DNA from: an uncultured Methanosarcinales archaeon
GTDB lineage: Archaea > Nanobdellota > Nanobdellia > Woesearchaeales > ARS49
Direction: 5' to 3'
DNA length: 64,000 nucleotides
NCBI GenBank assembly: GCA_964637115.1
Contig: CAZWVL010000003.1
Span: 32,001 to 96,000 of the forward strand
Positions 27,346-35,856 of the stretch are shown here, piece by piece. Under the pieces are notes generated by a model that ran no database searches, had not been told where the DNA came from, and worked only from the letters and a program-made list of their open reading frames with translations. The stretch's first letter is position 1; each line of letters opens with the position of its first letter. A program made the position numbers and the translations under genes.

Positions 27346-29150
27346 AAGTCGCCTCTATATTTCACAAAAAATACTTCAAAGATGAGCAATACAAGAGCAA
27401 TAGTCAAAAGCATAATCTCCCAGTGGTATTCTCTTGTTTCCTTAACCGGCTTTAATTCATAATCAACGCTCCTTGTACCGATCTTTTTATCCAGATTAAT
27501 GTTTGATTCCATTTCATCAACAAGATTTACAGCAATAATCCTGTCTTCCAGCTCGTACAAACCCTGCTCATCAAGGATTAATGCCGCTCTTTTCAGAACT
27601 CTGGTGGGAGTCTTGATTTTTTGCTCTTCATTCAGGATTAATGTCTCTCCGGCCTTGGAGTTCAAGTTCTTCACGTCCTGCTGTTCCGTAACGAACTTAA
27701 TTAATTCAGTCCAGAAAATCGGGAAATGAGGAGAATACTTGAAATCGCTTGATTCGGGAATACCGTAATAAACTAGCTTTCCGGCGCCAAGCTGCTTGAC
27801 TGTTATTGCTGGGATTTCATTTACAGTTGCGATAACAGTCTGGTCTCCAATAACTTCTGCCTTCAAAGCATAATCAGCCTTGCCAAAGTCAATATTTTTT
27901 GTAAACCTGTTCAGCTGTTCTACAGTTATAAATCCGCCATCGCTCCTTCCACCGAGCTTAACCGGCAGAAGACCTTTGTAATCGAGTTTTTCAGAATTAT
28001 CCTGCACTGCAACGATAACAGTTGCGCCTTTCTCAGCCTTTTGCTTGACATCCTCAAAAGTGCCAGGCAACAATTGTTTCAAATCAACATTATTAATTAT
28101 GATAACGTCGAAATCACCCTGAGCAATAACGGGAGGCTCTGTAATTGCAACGTCAAATTCTCCGGAGGCAAGCAAAGCATTCTTCAAGAAAATGCTTGCA
28201 TTGTTTGCAATCAACATAACCTTTGCCTTGCCGCCAGCAGGCGCGCTCAAGAAAGCAACATTATCGACTGGGAAATCATCATTTGCAGAAATCTCAAGCT
28301 TTGTCGCGCCAGGAGGAGTCTTGAAAGAATACGTTTCAATGCCTTTCGGCGAAACGGTCAATGTTGTCTGTGTTGTGCCAATCTTCAAAGGCACTGATTT
28401 CTGGACAGCATCATAATTTTTCACGTAAACAGTAGTCTGGTCGCTTCCGACATCTAACTGGATAATGCCCACGTTGCTTCTTGGAGGCCCTGCAATGTTA
28501 ATGAAATCAACCACCAAGCCTTTGCTTTGCAAGACTGCCTTCGCAATATCCGGATCCTGACCTCCTGTGTTAATGAAATCGCTGATGACAACAACTCTTC
28601 CTTCACCTAATGTCTCTCCGGCAAGAATAACTGCTTCGCCGATCTTGGAAACAGTCTCTCTTGGCTTCAAACTGTTAAGGAATTTTGACGTTTCAGCAGC
28701 AGAAGCGTCCTGCAACGCTATAAAAGGAACATCTTTCGCAAGAATAATGGTGTTCTTGTTTCCCAGAACTTTCTTGGCCTGGGCAACAGCCAAATCAAAA
28801 CGAGTTTTGCTGCCTTCCTCAACCTGCGAAGAAGCGCTAACGTCCAAAACAATCACCGTGTTTGACGCAGTAACGTCGTGCTGGTATTTTGTGTAAGGAT
28901 GTGCAAAGGTCAAAGCAAGCCCTAATAGTAGTAAAAGTTGGATTAAAAAAAGCCAGTCGTGCGTTATTTGTTTCAGGAAACTTGTCAGTTTTCTCGCGCC
29001 AGAAGACTTCAGGAAAAACATCAAACTCGGAATCGGCAAAACTTTAGGTTTTGGCCTTATGAGATAGAGAATGATGAGTGGAATTAACGCTAAAAGAGCC
29101 CAAAGGCCGGAAGGGTTCCCTACACTAATCGGTCCTAATGACAATGCCAT
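27342..29150 (-). CDS. BatA-type N-terminal double-TM plus VWA protein
   Basis: GLWALLALIPLIILYLIRPKP...PSLMF, DVSAS MIDAS, VVISDF; C-terminal TM. Confidence 0.85.
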   Translation of the reverse strand: MALSLGPISVGNPSGLWALLALIPLIILYLIRPKPKVLPIPSLMFFLKSSGARKLTSFLKQITHDWLFLIQLLLLLGLALTFAHPYTKYQHDVTASNTVIVLDVSASSQVEEGSKTRFDLAVAQAKKVLGNKNTIILAKDVPFIALQDASAAETSKFLNSLKPRETVSKIGEAVILAGETLGEGRVVVISDFINTGGQDPDIAKAVLQSKGLVVDFINIAGPPRSNVGIIQLDVGSDQTTVYVKNYDAVQKSVPLKIGTTQTTLTVSPKGIETYSFKTPPGATKLEISANDDFPVDNVAFLSAPAGGKAKVMLIANNASIFLKNALLASGEFDVAITEPPVIAQGDFDVIIINNVDLKQLLPGTFEDVKQKAEKGATVIVAVQDNSEKLDYKGLLPVKLGGRSDGGFITVEQLNRFTKNIDFGKADYALKAEVIGDQTVIATVNEIPAITVKQLGAGKLVYYGIPESSDFKYSPHFPIFWTELIKFVTEQQDVKNLNSKAGETLILNEEQKIKTPTRVLKRAALILDEQGLYELEDRIIAVNLVDEMESNINLDKKIGTRSVDYELKPVKETREYHWEIMLLTIALVLLIFEVFFVKYRGDL

Positions 29151-29213
29151 GGCGTATTACAACTCAGTGTACCTTTTAGTATACTGATTTAAATAGTTTG
29201 TGCAACAGCGGAA

Positions 29214-29624
29214 TTATTGAAGCTTTATTCGCTTAATCTCACTTATCTTCTCAAAATCAGAATCGTCTGTAATGAGACTTTCAGCTTTAACTTCAATACA
29301 GGAGGCTGCGTGCAAGGCATCACGAGGGTTTATTTGATGACGCTGCATAAGGTTCAATGAGCGCAAAGAAATGGATGTTATTAGCGGTACAAAACGTATC
29401 GGCAGTTGGTGCAGACGCAACCCTTGTTGGATGGCTGTTTTCCTATCGCCCTTTTTTCGTATTACTGCCCAAATGAGTTCGTCAATAGTGATTAAAGAAG
29501 TATATGCAATTTCTTTTCCTTCGCTAACTCTAATTATGAGGTCTTTTGCTTTTTTTGTGCGGGGGTCGCTATCGTCGCCAAAACCAGCAAAAAAGAACAC
29601 ATTGGTATCAAGATAGACGCTCAT
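29214..29624 (-). CDS. vapC: VapC PIN-domain toxin
   Basis: VYLDTNVF, IDEL, RDALHAAS, ITDDSDF. Confidence 0.9.
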   Translation of the reverse strand: MSVYLDTNVFFFAGFGDDSDPRTKKAKDLIIRVSEGKEIAYTSLITIDELIWAVIRKKGDRKTAIQQGLRLHQLPIRFVPLITSISLRSLNLMQRHQINPRDALHAASCIEVKAESLITDDSDFEKISEIKRIKLQ

Positions 29625-29863
29625 TGTGGAGAACAGAGCTCATCCCAGTCGACCTTTTCAGGCAGGTTGATCTTGTCTTTTACGGCCGTGAAAAATTCCA
29701 AACAAACCTGTCTCGGATCCTTTTTTTCTAAAATGATTTTGTCTTCCTGCACAGAAAAAACAACCTCGCTACCTGGAGAAATGTTGAATAAATCTCTAAC
29801 TGGCTTTGGAATGACAACCTGGCCCTTCTCGCCAACGCCTGCTATGAGCTTAAGTTCTACCAT
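29621..29863 (-). CDS. AbrB/MazE/SpoVT-fold antitoxin
   Basis: VGEKGQVVIPKPVRDLFNISPG; ATGA overlap with vapC. Confidence 0.9.
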   Translation of the reverse strand: MVELKLIAGVGEKGQVVIPKPVRDLFNISPGSEVVFSVQEDKIILEKKDPRQVCLEFFTAVKDKINLPEKVDWDELCSPQ

Positions 29864-29886
29864 TGAGTATGACTAAGTAATACTCA
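29864..29886. promoter_or_regulatory. TA operator palindrome TGAGTAT-GACTAAGTA-ATACTCA between TATA and antitoxin start
   Basis: 7-bp perfect arms plus an inner ACT/AGT pair. Confidence 0.6.
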
Positions 29887-29909
29887 TATATAATACTTTC
29901 TATGGGTGT

Positions 29910-29952
29910 TTGTTGTCACTGCTAAGTGACTATAAAACGAAAGGTTTATATA
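29910..29952 (+). promoter_or_regulatory. Palindromic operator (29910-29935) 9 nt upstream of TATA (TTTATATA, 29945-29952)
   Basis: TTGTTGTCAC-tgctaa-GTGACTATAA. Confidence 0.62.
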
Positions 29953-29981
29953 GTTGGACGTCTCAAGAAAGCGTATAGAGG

Positions 29982-30001
29982 GGTGAACTAAAATGAACAA
30001 A
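29982..30001 (+). repeat. 20-bp direct repeat copy 1 (SD plus start codon)
   Basis: GGTGAACTAAAATGAACAAA, identical to 30391-30410. Confidence 0.85.
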
Positions 30002-30400
30002 CTCGAAACCACGTTGGCAACTTTGGCAATATATTCTGCTCCATTGATAGATGCATTTATGCAAGTCTTGAAGCCGTATTTGTCCTCGCAAGAAGAGGAG
30101 AAAGAATTCAGGCAAGCAAAAGAATTTGACGAGGCAGTAAAGACTCACGAACTAGGAACCCTGGTAAGGGGCCTGGCAAGTTTGAGCTCAAATTATGAAA
30201 AAGGTGCGCGAATTGGCAAAGTGCCCGAAGGCTCAAGTGGAAATGAATGGCACTCTCCATCCGAGAGCGCCAGTATTTTAAGAGACATCATGCAAGAACG
30301 TCTTGCCAAGATAACTGATAATGCGTATCAGTCTCTGCCACCTGTTCTGAAAGCAGTTGTTGATAGGAGCAAGGAAATAGCCTATAGGAAGGTGAACTAA
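29993..30400 (+). CDS. Hypothetical protein
   Basis: ORF track; GGTGA SD. Confidence 0.65.
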   Translation: MNKLETTLATLAIYSAPLIDAFMQVLKPYLSSQEEEKEFRQAKEFDEAVKTHELGTLVRGLASLSSNYEKGARIGKVPEGSSGNEWHSPSESASILRDIMQERLAKITDNAYQSLPPVLKAVVDRSKEIAYRKVN

Positions 30401-30410
30401 AATGAACAAA
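30391..30410 (+). repeat. 20-bp direct repeat copy 2
   Basis: GGTGAACTAAAATGAACAAA. Confidence 0.85.
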
Positions 30411-30929
30411 ACACCATATCAAAAAAATCTTGAAGCAAAGGGCACATTAATGGGAAAAGCAGCCATTGCAGGCGGCTGGACACCAGAAATGAAAGAAGAA
30501 TTTGATTATTTGAACGCATGCTGGGGCGAACTTTTAGCGCCATCAGGCACTTTTACAGGAAAGCCAAACCCTGCACGAGAGCAGGAACTAGGCGACCTTA
30601 TGGAAGCTGGCGTTTACCGCTCACTTTACAACCTTGAAACACACGGCACCGAAGGGGATGCTATTTTCAAGCAGATGCAGATGCAAATCGAAGCTGCAAA
30701 AACAATGAAAGACCCTGTTCTAAGAAAATCACTTGAACAGCTGCTCAGAATCGGCCAGCGTCTTGGAATGACTGTTGAAGAACAACTCCAAGGCACTGGA
30801 TTTAGTCGTCCTCAGATCTACAGATTGGCATTTGATTCGGCGGAGCACTACATTGCTAATGATTTTCATCTCGGAGATCGATATTTAAAAGCAGCACTGC
30901 CGGCTGGCAAAGACAGCTCAGCAGCTTAA
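30402..30929 (+). CDS. Hypothetical protein
   Basis: ORF track; GGTGA SD. Confidence 0.65.
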   Translation: MNKTPYQKNLEAKGTLMGKAAIAGGWTPEMKEEFDYLNACWGELLAPSGTFTGKPNPAREQELGDLMEAGVYRSLYNLETHGTEGDAIFKQMQMQIEAAKTMKDPVLRKSLEQLLRIGQRLGMTVEEQLQGTGFSRPQIYRLAFDSAEHYIANDFHLGDRYLKAALPAGKDSSAA

Positions 30930-30962
30930 TTTTTTTTTAATTTAAATTAATAAAAAAAATTC
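30928..30962. terminator. AT-rich bidirectional terminator-like region between convergent genes
   Basis: T-tract and A-tract flanking TAATTTAAATTA. Confidence 0.45.
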
Positions 30963-32533
30963 TAACCAACTATTGACGCCCAGAGCCTTCTGAAGAAGCC
31001 CTGTTCTCCTGCAGTTCCTGCAGTCATTGCCTGGCCTTCAGCCTGCCCGCAATCCTGCATGCATTTTGCTTTTTCACCCATGCAGGTTTCTCTGTCAATG
31101 CCTGATCGGATGCATTTTTCAGAACGTGCAATGCATTCTTCGGCACAGTTGGGCGCTTTTGCCTCAGGCTTGCAGCGTTTCATACAGGCACCAACTTTCA
31201 TCGCACAAGACGCTTCATCAATGCCTGCCTCAAGACAATCAACTTTTATTTTAATGCAGACGTCCTCACATTTGCCTGAAAAAGGCAAGACTTTGCACTT
31301 TTTAATACAGCCTTCAGACATCTCGCCACACCTTTCCTTTCCATTGCCAGCATCAAGGCACTCCTTTTCAGCAGAAACGCATCCTTCTTCACAAGGGTGC
31401 ACAACAGGCATGCCAGGCATGCACTTGTCAAGACAATCCCCAATCATATTCCTGCAATTAGCCATCATTGTCTGCTGTTCTTCAGGATTATCAATTAAAT
31501 TAGCCTTGCGCATACAGCCGTAATAATCCTTTGAACAATCGATCTCACAACCGCCAGACGGAGGACATTCAGGCTTGCATTGGCGTTTGCATTCATCAAT
31601 CTTCATCTGACAAGAGCGCGGATCAATATTGGCATCCATGCAATCTTTCCTAATCATCTCGCACCTGCCCTCGCAGCTCATAGGCTTTGGAGCACACTGT
31701 ATCATGCAATTCTTGCGGTTGCTGTCGCATGCAGTCTTTATGCCTTCAGCGCTGAATCCTACAGTCTTTTCTAAGCAAATTTGGTGCTCTTTATCACATC
31801 CCTGCTCGCAAGTTTCTGGCTTTTCACATTGATCCTGCACGCATTCATTGTGTAATTTTTCACACGCAGATCTTATACTTTCGATGTTTATTCCTACAGT
31901 TGTTTTCAAACATTCGTTAAGTTTTTTGCCACAACCCTGCTCACAAGTTTCAGGAGGGTGGCCGCACTTGTCCTGCAGACAGTTGTTGCGAACATTCTCG
32001 CACCCTCTCTTTATGGCTTCAATACTGGTTCCTAAACTGCTTCTCATGCACCTGCTATATTCTCCATCACAGCCCTGCTCGCAAGTCTCCTGAGGCTTGC
32101 AGAACTTTTCAATGCAGTTTTGAGCTTGGTTGCCATACATCTCTCGGCAAGAACTCTCACAATCTTCCTTGCAACGATCATGCATACAACGGATAAATAT
32201 TTCAATTCCTTGTGCAGTAAGGCGTTTACACATCGTCGGGCAATCTTCCTTTGGCAGCAATCGTTTCGTTATCACATCAGGCTGAGGATGACATTTGTCG
32301 GTGCACATTTTATCGCATTCCTCGCGCGAGCCTTCTTTATTTTCCAGACATTGACCTGTGCATACTGCAATACACTGCCCCCAGGTTGTTCCATAAACCT
32401 CATCGGCAGAAGTAACTGCAACGCGTATTGTATTGGGATCAATAGTAACAACATCATAAGACTGAGCAAAAACAGAAACAGCAAAAACTAGCGTAACGAT
32501 TGATAATAGAATGACTTTCTTCATTATGACCAC
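30962..32533 (-). CDS. Secreted Cys-rich helical repeat protein
   Basis: Signal peptide; about 63 Cys by manual count; repeated C-x3-C-x6-C...C-x6-C-x3/4-C units; amphipathic C-terminus GFFRRLWASIVG. Confidence 0.75.
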   Translation of the reverse strand: MVIMKKVILLSIVTLVFAVSVFAQSYDVVTIDPNTIRVAVTSADEVYGTTWGQCIAVCTGQCLENKEGSREECDKMCTDKCHPQPDVITKRLLPKEDCPTMCKRLTAQGIEIFIRCMHDRCKEDCESSCREMYGNQAQNCIEKFCKPQETCEQGCDGEYSRCMRSSLGTSIEAIKRGCENVRNNCLQDKCGHPPETCEQGCGKKLNECLKTTVGINIESIRSACEKLHNECVQDQCEKPETCEQGCDKEHQICLEKTVGFSAEGIKTACDSNRKNCMIQCAPKPMSCEGRCEMIRKDCMDANIDPRSCQMKIDECKRQCKPECPPSGGCEIDCSKDYYGCMRKANLIDNPEEQQTMMANCRNMIGDCLDKCMPGMPVVHPCEEGCVSAEKECLDAGNGKERCGEMSEGCIKKCKVLPFSGKCEDVCIKIKVDCLEAGIDEASCAMKVGACMKRCKPEAKAPNCAEECIARSEKCIRSGIDRETCMGEKAKCMQDCGQAEGQAMTAGTAGEQGFFRRLWASIVG

Positions 32534-32580
32534 CCCTCTTAGTTCGTTTCAAAAAGTAGAACGCACTTTATAAAGATTAC

Positions 32581-33579
32581 TCACTCTTTCCTAGGAATAG
32601 TCTGTTTCGGATACGTGCCTGGATTCATAAAAACCTTGTCAATCTTCACGCATAAGCCCTTATTTTCAGTCATCACCTGTTCAGTTGTCATAACTGCAGT
32701 GCCCAATGCGACCAATTCATCTTTCAAACTCATCACAGCAACAATGTTATCCTTATCAATACTTGATTCGATCTTTACAACTCCAGGAACATTCAAGCTT
32801 GCGCCATGGCAAACAGTGTCACATGCAGAATCCTGAATCCAAATTTTTGGCAGATGCTGAACTGCAAACTCAACAGGCCTGATGCAATGCCTTAAAAATT
32901 TTTCATTACCCTCTTCTTTCCAAAATGCATAAGCATCTTCCAAATCCTGCAATGAAACCCAATCTTTCTCAGTAAAAGGACCTGCTTTTGTTCGAATAAG
33001 CTCTGCCATATGCGCGCCAACCTTCAACCTCTTTCCAACATCGTGGCACAGTTTCCTCACGTAAGTGCCAGCCTGCGAACCCATTCTAAAGAGCACATCC
33101 TGCTCGTCAATTTCTAAAATATCAAGATAATACACTTCACGTTCCCTTTCCTTTCTGACAACAGCAGATTTTACTGGAGGCATTTGCATTATTTTCCCAG
33201 TGAATTCTTTCAAAGCCTTTTCTAATTCTTCCTGCGGAACAGGCTTGTGCAAATGCATAATGCAAACATATTCTTTTCCAGCAGTAAGTAATGCCTGAAC
33301 GATTCTTGTCGCGCGAGTGGTTGCAACGGGAAGAACACCAGTAACGGCAGGATCCAAGCTTCCACCGTGGCCGGCTTTTTCAATGTGCAAAATTTTCTGC
33401 ACGTAATCAGAAGCCATATGAGAAGTCGGACCTTTTGGCTTGTTAAGATCAATTACGCCGTACTCAAGCAAATCCTGAATTTTTCTTTCGTCAGGAATAC
33501 AACCGTATCTCGCATCAGTCTCTGCTGCTCTCTTGACAAGAACTTCGCGCTTTATTTTTTCAAACGGTAACAAGCCCAT
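32581..33579 (-). CDS. cbf5: H/ACA RNA-guided / tRNA pseudouridine synthase Cbf5
   Basis: KPKGPTSH, GHGGSLDPAVTGVL (catalytic Asp), AGTYVRKLCHD, PUA domain. Confidence 0.96.
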   Translation of the reverse strand: MGLLPFEKIKREVLVKRAAETDARYGCIPDERKIQDLLEYGVIDLNKPKGPTSHMASDYVQKILHIEKAGHGGSLDPAVTGVLPVATTRATRIVQALLTAGKEYVCIMHLHKPVPQEELEKALKEFTGKIMQMPPVKSAVVRKEREREVYYLDILEIDEQDVLFRMGSQAGTYVRKLCHDVGKRLKVGAHMAELIRTKAGPFTEKDWVSLQDLEDAYAFWKEEGNEKFLRHCIRPVEFAVQHLPKIWIQDSACDTVCHGASLNVPGVVKIESSIDKDNIVAVMSLKDELVALGTAVMTTEQVMTENKGLCVKIDKVFMNPGTYPKQTIPRKE

Positions 33580-33610
33580 ATTCTTGAGAATTAATCAACG
33601 AGTTAAAAAC

Positions 33611-34057
33611 TTATGCTGGTTTGGTTTCAACTTTCTTTTCTGGCGTTTTCTTGACCGCAGGTGCCTTTGGAACTTCTGCTTTCGGCTCTGCTGGTTTAAC
33701 TTCTACTGGTGTTGCTGGTTTTGCTTCTGTCTTGCCGGTTACTTTCTCTGCAAGCTTCTTAACCATGCTTTTCTTCTCTTCCTTGACTTCCTGCACCATT
33801 GGTGAGCCAAAGAGTTGTGCCTTAACAACACCTTTGTCATCCTTGACAACATTAACCTTGACTCTTGAAGGAGGATTTCTCATTCCATGCTTCCACACTT
33901 CCAAATTTAATTCGGGCATCAGTCTGACGTCTTCGCTCTTCATATGTCTAACCAAGAATTCCTTGATAGTATTAATTGCCTTTTTCGCACGCCTATATCT
34001 CGGCGCTTTCAACCAGCCCCTTCTGAGCGGAATTATATAAGTTCTTTCAAGTGCCAT
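33611..34057 (-). CDS. rpl31e: 50S ribosomal protein L31e with C-terminal extension
   Basis: ERTYIIPLR...RAKKAINTIKEF...PPSRVKV. Confidence 0.95.
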   Translation of the reverse strand: MALERTYIIPLRRGWLKAPRYRRAKKAINTIKEFLVRHMKSEDVRLMPELNLEVWKHGMRNPPSRVKVNVVKDDKGVVKAQLFGSPMVQEVKEEKKSMVKKLAEKVTGKTEAKPATPVEVKPAEPKAEVPKAPAVKKTPEKKVETKPA

Positions 34058-34058
34058 T

Positions 34059-34232
34059 TTAGACCTTCAACTTTGTCCTGCGCCAGCTTCGCTTGATAGC
34101 AGTATGTCTGCCTGGGTGAACTCTGCGACCTTTGCCGTAAGTTTTTGGCACGGTCCAGAACGGCGCCCATCTTGTCTGGCGCATACGCTTGACCAAACGT
34201 TTCTTTCTTGCAGGATGCTTGTGAGATGGCAT
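34059..34232 (-). CDS. rpl39e: 50S ribosomal protein L39e; not in ORF track
   Basis: Manual translation MPSHKHPARKKRLVKRMRQTRWAPFWTVPKTYGKGRRVHPGRHTAIKRSWRRTKLKV; canonical position. Confidence 0.9.
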   Translation of the reverse strand: MPSHKHPARKKRLVKRMRQTRWAPFWTVPKTYGKGRRVHPGRHTAIKRSWRRTKLKV

Positions 34233-34233
34233 T

Positions 34234-34800
34234 TTATTGTGCAGCTACTGGAGCTTCCTCCTTTTTCTTTCTTGGAGCGCGAGGCTTCTTGACTTTTTCA
34301 ACAGGAACTTCTGTTTTTACTTCAGATGCTGTTTCCTTTGGAGCTTCTTTAGGCCTTGTCGGCAGGACAATTCCCTGCTCTTTCATAATCGCTGAAGCAG
34401 TATTTTCCAGTATTGCGTGGCCTTTCGGTGTTACGACACGGCCCTTGTGAACTCCTTTTGCTGTTTGCTTTGCAAGACCGGCTTTTTCCAACTGCTGCAA
34501 AATTTTTCTAATATTATTTCCACTTCCAGGATAGAAATGTTCAGGCGCCATTCCCTCATTCTTCCTGCCGCCATACAGCGTCTGAAGTTTGTGAGTTCCG
34601 ATAGGGCCCAGCATGAAAATTTTTCTCAAAATAGAAGCAGCACGCACGTGCCACCAATCACTTTGAACAGGAGCACGTTCTCTTGACATACCAGTCTTTA
34701 CAAACGGCGCCCAAGTTGCCGGCTTAATGTTGGCGTCCTTTTTCAGTTCCTCAGCAACGCGCTTGATAAGCAGCGTTGCATCAACGTCATGTGTTGCCAT
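34234..34800 (-). CDS. rps19e: 30S ribosomal protein S19e with C-terminal extension
   Basis: WAPFVKTG...DWWHVRAASILRK...YGGRK; start likely ATG 34800. Confidence 0.96.
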   Translation of the reverse strand: MATHDVDATLLIKRVAEELKKDANIKPATWAPFVKTGMSRERAPVQSDWWHVRAASILRKIFMLGPIGTHKLQTLYGGRKNEGMAPEHFYPGSGNNIRKILQQLEKAGLAKQTAKGVHKGRVVTPKGHAILENTASAIMKEQGIVLPTRPKEAPKETASEVKTEVPVEKVKKPRAPRKKKEEAPVAAQ

Positions 34801-34808
34801 ATTTGTTT

Positions 34809-34848
34809 GACCTCGCGGTCGCATTTGGATGTTCTATTGAAGCATCCA
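34809..34848 (-). promoter_or_regulatory. Two-hairpin 5' leader of the rps19e-rpl39e-rpl31e operon
   Basis: TGGATG..CATCCA stem and GACC-GCGA-GGTC GNRA hairpin between TATA (~34875-34882) and ATG 34800. Confidence 0.45.
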
Positions 34849-34968
34849 GAATATCTATTGGGCGAGAGGGGTGGTTTATAAAGTTTTCTAATAATATTCA
34901 GATGAGGCTTTGAATAGACTGATAGAGAAGGTGAAGGTTTTTATTTAGGTGATAGTTTAGCACTTGAT

Positions 34969-35316
34969 ATGGATACGCCTCAAAATATTGATGCTTTACT
35001 AAGTAGAATGCCCTCAACGGACTGGCGTTTAACGGAATGGCGTGGCGTTGACATTCTAGGCACATCAGATTCTGAAAATAACTATTATGCGTATTCACGG
35101 AAAGCAGCAATCTTTGTAGAACCGAAAGACGGCAAATCAGCCCCTTATTGTGATGGTTGTAAAATTCCTGTTAAGTTCAAAACTCAGAAACTTATCGGTA
35201 ATGACACAGATCCGCCTTGGGAAGACCAAAGAGAAGTTCCATACTGTTCTAAATGTCAACCCGAACCCAGCAGCTTATCAGTTGATGTTGGCGGTGGTTT
35301 CAGTATTTTTGATTGA
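34969..35316 (+). CDS. Hypothetical protein with CxxC...CxxC zinc site
   Basis: PYCDGC...PYCSKC. Confidence 0.55.
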   Translation: MDTPQNIDALLSRMPSTDWRLTEWRGVDILGTSDSENNYYAYSRKAAIFVEPKDGKSAPYCDGCKIPVKFKTQKLIGNDTDPPWEDQREVPYCSKCQPEPSSLSVDVGGGFSIFD

Positions 35317-35337
35317 AACCTCTACCTTTTCGGACGG

Positions 35338-35829
35338 TTACGGATACAATTTCTCAATCACGTGCGCCAATTCTGGATGCACCAGCTGATTTTTCTTCAC
35401 CATGTCTCTGACGTCTGCGACAGAAAACCATCTGCCGCCAGCGACTTCATCCTCATTAAATTTGAAAGGGCCCTCAGAAATGCCCCTGAAAACCTGCAAG
35501 AATTTGCGCATCTTGTAATGGTCGTACGGACTTTCGTGAATTTTCGTCAGAGGAATATTAATGCCCAGTTCCTCTTTCATCTCTCTTTTCGCAGCCTGCT
35601 CGTATGTCTCGCCTTTCTGCACGTGGCCGCCAGCAGAAGTAACCCAATGGCCAGGGCAGAATTCCTTTTTCGCACTTCTTTGTTGCAAAAATATTTCACC
35701 CTTGTCGTTGAAAATCATAACATGTACAATCCGATGATTCAAGCGCTTAGAATAAATTTCATCAATAGGTGCAGCGCCAACAACCTCGTTTTCTTCATCA
35801 ACAATATCCAAAAATTCCTGCATCACCAT
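35338..35829 (-). CDS. Nudix hydrolase (YfcD/IDI-like)
   Basis: GGHVQKGETYEQAAKREMKEELG Nudix box. Confidence 0.88.
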   Translation of the reverse strand: MVMQEFLDIVDEENEVVGAAPIDEIYSKRLNHRIVHVMIFNDKGEIFLQQRSAKKEFCPGHWVTSAGGHVQKGETYEQAAKREMKEELGINIPLTKIHESPYDHYKMRKFLQVFRGISEGPFKFNEDEVAGGRWFSVADVRDMVKKNQLVHPELAHVIEKLYP

Positions 35830-35856
35830 TTTTCTATTCTTCAGAATGCGGAAATG

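Noticed and set aside
35338-35829. Second IDI
   Set aside because: Lacks the catalytic Cys motif (SAGGH instead of CCGH) and has a full Nudix box; called a generic Nudix hydrolase
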